This document shows, piece after piece, positions 56,076-64,000 of a DNA stretch of 64,000 nt. Within the stretch, counting starts at the first letter, position 1. Each line of letters starts with the position of its first letter. Below the pieces are notes generated by a model. The model made no database searches and had not been told where the DNA came from. It was given only the letters and a program-made list of their open reading frames with translations. The DNA comes from Octopus vulgaris (Eukaryota): positions 27,094,001-27,158,000 of the forward strand of contig OX597824.1 in assembly GCA_951406725.2 (NCBI GenBank), written 5' to 3'. The position numbers were made by a program, and so were the translations under genes.

Positions 56076-56658
56076 TCTTCTCTCTCTCTCTCTCTCTCCT
56101 TCACAAAGGTACGGTTACACAGAAACACAGCCACTTATAAATGGACGTACGTACACACACGCATGAAGACATGCACACACAAACATACATGCTTCCATAC
56201 AAACATTCATACATACATGCATACATTCATACACATACATACATGCATACATACATATGTACGTATATGCGTATATACGTATAACATATGTATATGTGCA
56301 TACATATTTGTATACCATTATAAACTTGAACTTACATATATTGTTTGTTTACATACACAATATTTATGCTCATACACACACACACATATACATGCACACG
56401 CGTGCATACAAACACATATGTATATATATTCAATTCTTTATATTTTGTATAAAACTGATTACATAGTGTAATGTAAGTGTATATATAAATGTGTATATAA
56501 AGACACGAAACTGGGTATTAGGATTTTTGGTCGATAACTGATGAGAAATTAGGGTCCTTCTCTATATGTCCTACGTGAACATTTTGTAGTGTTTAATGCA
56601 TTTTCATTTAATGGGTGACTGAACGCCACGCATCCAGAATTTTGCTAATTGCAAGTTA

Positions 56659-56954
56659 TCTTATATAAAAGTGAAGTTGTGTGTCTGTCTCCTACGATTT
56701 AGATTCCTAACTACTCCCACATTTTGCGGTGCAGTTTAACCAAAACCGGGTATCTTATTGTCGTGATTCATATCGAGCCCTTCTGGGTATTAGCGCGCGT
56801 CTACGATGAGTCTACGATTTAAAAAAAAAATTACCATCATTTTTTCCCATTTTTAATGCATTTTTTTGCTATTATATAAGGGAAGTAACTCTCTAAAAAT
56901 GCTTATATAGTTATTTCCCTTACAGACCCGAGCAACGCCGGGCGATACTGCTAG
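56659..56954 (+). mobile_element. Non-autonomous Helitron, 296 bp
   Basis: A|TC start, same hairpin and CTAG|T end; collinear with 37582-37974. Confidence 0.9.
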
Positions 56955-57156
56955 TATATATATACGTAAATAAATGGAGTTGAACGAAGATGCTATTCAA
57001 ATTCTTTTACTTTCGATACAAATTACTGCACGTTAACCCGGAGTTTCTACCTTTGAATAGGTCGCTGCACCCTTGTTACTTGCGTGAATTCTGCTACCCT
57101 GGTAACTGTTTACTGAATTTTCCATGTTAACTATAAACAAAGGATAATTCGATCAT

Positions 57157-57217
<61 letters not shown>

Positions 57218-57221
<4 letters not shown>

Positions 57222-57415
57222 ACTCTTTTACTTGTTTCAGTCATTTGACTGCGGCCAAGCTGGAGCACCGCCTTTAGTCGAGCAAATCGACCCCAGGACT
57301 TATTCTTTGTAAGCCCAGTACTTATTCTATCGGTCTCTTTTGCCGAACCGCTAAGTTACGGGGACGTAAACACACCAGCATCGGTTGTCAAGCAATGCTA
57401 GGGGGACAAACACAG

Positions 57416-57456
<41 letters not shown>

Positions 57457-57620
57457 CATATATACGACGGGCTGCTTTCAGTTTCCGTCTACCAAATCCA
57501 CTCACAAGGCATTGGTCGGCCCGGGGCTATAGCAGAAGACACTTGCCCAAGATGCCACGCAGTGAGACTGAACCCGGAACCATGTGGCTGGTTAGCAAGC
57601 TACTTACCACACAGCCACTC
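57218..57620 (-). mobile_element. Young SINE group A
   Basis: Full alignment with other A copies. Confidence 0.92.
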
Positions 57621-57721
57621 TATATGAAAAATGTAAACATCATTTTGATTTTCATATACACATATATGTTTGTGTGCATACACACAAATGCACACACAGG
57701 CACATACACGCACACGCACGC

Positions 57722-57761
<40 letters not shown>

Positions 57762-58078
57762 GCGCGTGCGCGCACGCACACGTGACATAAACGTGTATGT
57801 GGAAAGCCAAAACGTGTTTACTTTTTCTTCATAAAAGCTTTATTCCTAACATCAACATAGCGAGTTTGAGAGGTAATATTGCCGTTCCCTGATGTGTCTG
57901 AAGGAAAAAGGAATTCTTCAGGGATCTTTCACATTCTTCACAACACTCCTGAGCTTTATCTATTGTTTATAGGTATTAAATAGAAGCTTATTAAATCAGT
58001 TCTCTCTTTTTTCTATTCATGACCATGTGCTTCGTTAACGCTTTTTCTTGTATCCATGTATTTATCTACCTGTTTGTC

Positions 58079-58122
<44 letters not shown>

Positions 58123-59237
58123 CCTATATCTATACATATATCCACTGTGCAAATATATTACATATATTTCATACAAGTCATAGTGCAGTGTATATATACA
58201 TGTGTGTGCATATGTGTATGTATGTATGTATGAGTCTATTTATATATATATGCATATATATAAATAGGCATACATACATACACATACACACACACACATA
58301 TATATATATCTGTCTAATTACCTTCATATATGCATGAATGTAAAACATGTTATACATATATACATATGTATACGAACATATACATATACACATACATACA
58401 TACATACTTACACACACACAAACATACACACACACACAGATTCGGATATAAAAACATTACTATGTTCCATATTAATGCATACATTCCCACTACATCCTCA
58501 GATCGTGGCAGACAGGATAAAAAATGAACAAAAAAAATGACTAAAAACCAAAGAAAATATAAAAGAAACAAAAGAACCAAAAAATTCTTCCTTGTTTCTT
58601 ATAATAAAGAAGAAAAAAATGGACGAAATAAATCTTATTATCTTCACCCCCAAAATAAAGCGACCACTGTTATTTCCATTATTATTGTCCTTGCTATTAT
58701 TGTTATTGTCGGTGTTGTTGTTCTTATTGTTTGTCATGATTACGAAGGAGTTGTTTGGTTGAGAGTTTGGGGTCAGCTACTCAAACCTTTAAGTGTGGCA
58801 CCAAACTATTAAGACTTATCATTAAAGGATAAACATGGCGTTCGAAAGAATGCGACTGTGTTTTTGTTAGCTTTTCTGTCGTTCGCTGCTGCTGCTGCTG
58901 CCAGCGTTGTTGTTGTTGTTGCTGCTGCTGCTGCTGTTGCGGCTGTTGATGTTGTTGTTGGTGTCGTTGATATTCATGGTGGTGGTGGTGGTGGTGGTGG
59001 TGGTGCTTATACTGCTGCATCCTCTTATCTCTTACTGCTACTCCTACACCCCTTCCTCCCCTGACAGTCTATCTGTCTCCGTGTGTTTGTCTTATACGAG
59101 TACAACTAATTACGTATATACGTGCATATGTATATAATGTATGTTATATGTGTGTGTTTACATACGAGAGTGAGGTTACAAATGTGTGCGTTTGTTTATA
59201 TATATGTGTGTGTGTGTGTGTGCGTGTGTGTGTGTGT

Positions 59238-59730
<493 letters not shown>

Positions 59731-59764
59731 ATAATAAACACACACAGATAAATGTATGTATATA

Positions 59765-59826
<62 letters not shown>

Positions 59827-59827
<1 letters not shown>

Positions 59828-59944
59828 CGGAGTAAACACATAAATGTGAAACAAGGTGGAAAAAAAGTACTCAAATACCAGGGGTAGATTAATATGAAAC
59901 TCAGAGTAACAGGTTTTGTTGAATTTCTGCTGCTTTTAAATAAA

Positions 59945-59945
<1 letters not shown>
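59827..59945. mobile_element. Second copy of the 32.5-kb Penelope-like fragment, with internal inversion
   Basis: 59827-59896 is the reverse complement of 32660-32730; 59902-59945 matches 32616-32659; flanked by (TA)n. Confidence 0.8.
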
Positions 59946-60011
<66 letters not shown>

Positions 60012-60099
60012 CATGTATAGTGGTATAGAATGGTTGTATACTGTCAATCTGTACCCCTACTGTCAATCTATACCCCTACTGTCACGTTCTTGTTAGATT

Positions 60100-60188
<89 letters not shown>

Positions 60189-60326
60189 CACATATACGAT
60201 AAATACATGTGTTTGTGCGTGTCAGTATTTGCGATTTGTTTGTTCGACTAAAATCCTTCAAGGAGGTGCTCCAGCTTGGCCGATGTTCGGTGACATAAAT
60301 AAGTACCAGATGAAAGATAAATGACG

Positions 60327-60383
<57 letters not shown>

Positions 60384-60758
60384 GCTTTACACTTATGTCC
60401 CTGTTCACATTCCACCCCACCCCCACAAACAAACAGACACTCATGCACACACACTCACACATACGCACACACCCCTACACATATCCCTGTGCAATTACAT
60501 AGACAAACAAGTTCGTTCCGACAGTAAACTGATGTAGCGGATAGAGGAAACTTAGAGTAAGTGTAAAACAATTAAGCCATCGCCATCTGTAATTCGTTGT
60601 GTCTGTGTGTTTGAGTGTGTGAGTGCGTGCGCGCTAGAGTGTGTGTGTGTGAAACTTGTGTGCGTGTATTTGACAGTATGCGTATATGTGTGTGTGTGTG
60701 CGCGCTCGCCTGCATGCAAGCGTCTTCGTATACACATATTTTTCATCAGCTTTATTCT

Positions 60759-60796
<38 letters not shown>

Positions 60797-60829
60797 AGTC
60801 TATTTATCTATCTATCAATCAATCAATCA

Positions 60830-60860
<31 letters not shown>

Positions 60861-60990
60861 AATCTATCTATCTATCTATCTATCTATCTAGCTCGATATC
60901 AATCAATCAATAAATCAATCTATGTCTGTTTCTCTATTTATCTTTTCACCTCTCTCTCTCTCAGTCTGTCTGTCTGTCTGTCTGTCTGTC

Positions 60991-61047
<57 letters not shown>

Positions 61048-61449
61048 ATCTATCTATCTGTCTACATATGAAATATATGTGTGTGTATATATATATATAC
61101 ACTTTTCTCTTATTTTAGTATTTTTCTAATGCTTCCATGTATAGGGTTGCGCCTATGCTGGAGCAACCGCTTTAATTTATTTTCTATCAGTTTTGTTGTT
61201 GCTTTATGGCTAGAAGTTGGTTTATGGATTGAGTTTGTAGCTGCTAATCTTCTCTGAGGGTATCCTTGAATGGGTAACTCGTCCGCTATCCGCATACACA
61301 GACCCCCACCCAACCACCCTCACACATATCCTCATCCGAGCAGGCTCACACACCCACACGCACCCGTATGTTTTGTCTACGTATTCAGTCCTTCCTCATT
61401 CTTTTTTTTCATTTTTCATATTTCGTTGCATTCCAATGCAATCTTACAC

Positions 61450-61669
61450 TTTTTACTCTTTTTACTCTTCTACTTGTTTCAGCCATGTGACTGTGGCCAT
61501 GCTGGAGCACCGCCTTTAGTCGAGCAAATTGACCCTAGGACTTATTCTTTGTAAGCCTAGTACTTATTCTATCAGTCTCTTTTGCCGAACCGCTAAGTGA
61601 CGGGGACGTAAACACACCAGCATCGGTTGTCAAGCAATGCTAGGGAGATAAACACAGACACACAAACAC

Positions 61670-61715
<46 letters not shown>

Positions 61716-61877
61716 GGCAGGCTTCTTTCAGTTTCCGTCTACCAAATCCATTCATAAGGCATTGGTCGGTCCGGGGCTATAGCAGAAGACACTTGCCCAA
61801 GATGCCACGCAGTGGGACTGAACCCGGAACCATGTGGTTGTTTAGCAAGCTACTTACCACACAGCCACTCCTGCGCC
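61450..61877 (-). mobile_element. Young SINE group A
   Basis: Full alignment with other A copies. Confidence 0.92.
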
Positions 61878-62162
61878 TATATATATATCTAGTTCGACAG
61901 AATACATTTTGCTTCCCCTATTGCTCTTAGGGAAGAGAAGACAATATATCGCCCTAACGATTATAGTTACTATCTTGTTTTGTTCAGCCTCAACCGTATC
62001 ATTAAGCACATTTTACTAAGTACTCAATGATACTAACCTTGTTTATCTTTTTCACTAAGCTTTTCTTTTTATCCTTTTGGAAACTATCACACACACACGC
62101 ACACAACATAGTGTCAAACAGTGAGAATGAGAGCTCACCACCACATTTGGTAGATATTTTTT

Positions 62163-62527
62163 TATTTACTCTTTTACTCTTTTACTTGTTTCAGTCAGTT
62201 GACTGCGGCCATGCTGGAGCACCGCCTTTAGTCGAGCAACTCGACCCCGGGACTTATTCTTTTGTAAGCCCAGTACTTATTCTATCGGTCTCTTTTGCCG
62301 AACCGCTAAGTGACGGGGACGTAAACACACCAGCATCGGTTGTCAAGCAATGCTAGGGGGACAAACACACGCACACAAACATATACACACACACACACAC
62401 ACTTATATATATATATATACATATATACGACAGGCTTCTTTCAATTTCCGTCTACCAAATCCACTCACAAGGCATTGGTCGGCCCGGGGCTATAGCAGAA
62501 GACACTTGCCCAAGATGCCACGCAGTG
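62163..62527 (-). mobile_element. Young SINE group A, 5'-truncated
   Basis: Homology stops at GCCACGCAGTG, so the tRNA-like head is missing. Confidence 0.9.
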
Positions 62528-62728
62528 TAGATTAACAGTTAATACTCTCTTTCCCCCACTCTCTCTCCCCTCCTGTATACATACATGCGTATGTACATAC
62601 ATACATACATACATACATACATACATACATACATACATACTTACATATAATATATATGCGTGCATTATTCGAAGTTGATTTAAGAGCAAAAAGATAATAC
62701 CCCCACCCCAAATATATATATATATATA

Positions 62729-63007
62729 TATTTCTTTACTACCCACAAGGGGCCAAACACAGAGGGGACAAACAAGGACAGACAAAGCGATTAAGTCGAT
62801 TCCATCGACCCCGGTACGTAACTGGTACCTAATTTATCGACCCCGAAAGGATGAAAGGCAAAGTCAACCTCGGCGGAATTTGAACTCAGAAAGTAACGGC
62901 AGACGAAATACGGCTTCGTATTTCGCCCGGCATGCTACCGTTTCAGCCAGCTCGCCGCCTTGGCTTCGCATTTCGCCCGGCGTGCTACCGTTTCTGCCAG
63001 CTCGCCG
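62729..63007 (-). mobile_element. SINE group B with duplicated 5' head (50-bp period)
   Basis: GGCTTCG(T/C)ATTTCGCCCGGC(A/G)TGCTACCGTTTC(A/T)GCCAGCTCGCCG at 62912 and 62962. Confidence 0.88.
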
Positions 63008-63220
63008 ACATGGTGTTGAACAGTTCATGGCTTTAAGGGTATCACGAAAGCCCTAGTTGTAGGCTCAACATTCCGAGTTCTTTTACATGAGCTTAGCACA
63101 ATGAAGGATCGCTGCAATAAGTTTGTGAATCTGAGAGGGGAATATGTGGGATAAAATCATCATTAACTTATCCTCCTGTATTTTCTTTTACTTAAAGCCA
63201 GGAGCTCCCAGGACACCTTC

Positions 63221-63255
<35 letters not shown>

Positions 63256-63320
63256 CATACACAAATATATGTATATGTTTGTATATGTGTATGCAATATA
63301 TATATATATATATGTGTGTA

Positions 63321-63401
<81 letters not shown>

Positions 63402-63506
63402 TGTTTCTTTATTAGCCACACATGCACACAGATAGAACAAATTACAAGGTAGAGCTTTTCTTTATATATATATATATATATATAGATAGATATAGGTATA
63501 TATTTA

Positions 63507-63542
<36 letters not shown>

Positions 63543-63574
63543 CCTTTCTATCTATCTATCTATCTATCTATCTA

Positions 63575-63621
<47 letters not shown>

Positions 63622-63649
63622 ATATCTACCTATCTATCTAATTACGTGT

Positions 63650-63860
63650 GCGTCTCTGTGTGCGGGTTGTAATATTTTCTGTTTGTCTCCACCAGAGTTT
63701 GGCGACCGTTGTTGGCTCGTTTACTTCTCTATAACTTAGCGTTTTGGCAAAGTACTTATGTCGATGTGTTCAAGTAAAACCGTCAAGGCGGTGCTCCAGC
63801 GTGGCTGCAGTCTAGCGACCGAAACAAGTTAAAGAAAAACAAGTGAAAGATAAAAGATAT
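63650..63860 (+). mobile_element. SINE group A, decayed 3' half
   Basis: TAACTTAGCG..GGCAAA and AAGGCGGTGCTCCAGC.TGGCTGCAGTC..GAAACAAGT. Confidence 0.7.
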
Positions 63861-64000
63861 TGTTGACGTTACACGTGACTTTTAAACTTCGCACTATACA
63901 TGTCTGTCAGTAGAGAATCTACATCATCAGTCAGTAAGATTTTTTTTTTTCCAATTGTTTTAAGGAGATAGATTCGTGTAGTTACATTTTCAAGGAATAT

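Noticed and set aside
60041-60085. 19-bp tandem duplication CTGTCAATCT(G/A)TACCCCTA
   Set aside because: About 2.3 copies; ordinary local slippage.

Overview
AT-rich animal genomic DNA, extremely dense in microsatellites ((TA)n, (CA)n, (TATC)n, (TATG)n, (TAA)n, (CAT)n, (CCTT)n). The microsatellite load and the SINE families resemble an octopus/coleoid cephalopod genome (inference from pattern recognition, not from a search). I recognise no intact host protein-coding exon, and nearly all ORFs in the track are translations of simple repeats. The window looks like a large intron or gene desert. It contains four tRNA-headed SINE groups (my labels A-D, about 30 copies or fragments, with modular head/tail swapping), a 5'-truncated L1/Tx1-type LINE, two short C-terminal fragments of REL-endonuclease (R4/Dong-like) LINEs, a Penelope GIY-YIG remnant, two complete non-autonomous Helitrons, a pogo transposase relic, a 15x45-bp minisatellite and a 188-bp SINE-derived tandem array. 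The most interesting hidden signal is five minimal type I hammerhead-ribozyme-like motifs in different sequence contexts (16.9, 32.6, 42.25, 43.25 and 51.4 kb), each with at least one deviation from the consensus. One lies in a structured 357-bp-period partial tandem that resembles a retrozyme/circRNA-derived insert or a Penelope pLTR repeat. Short unique islands between repeats carry candidate regulatory motifs (an RFX X-box with a forkhead site, TAATTA clusters, AP-1 plus TATA).
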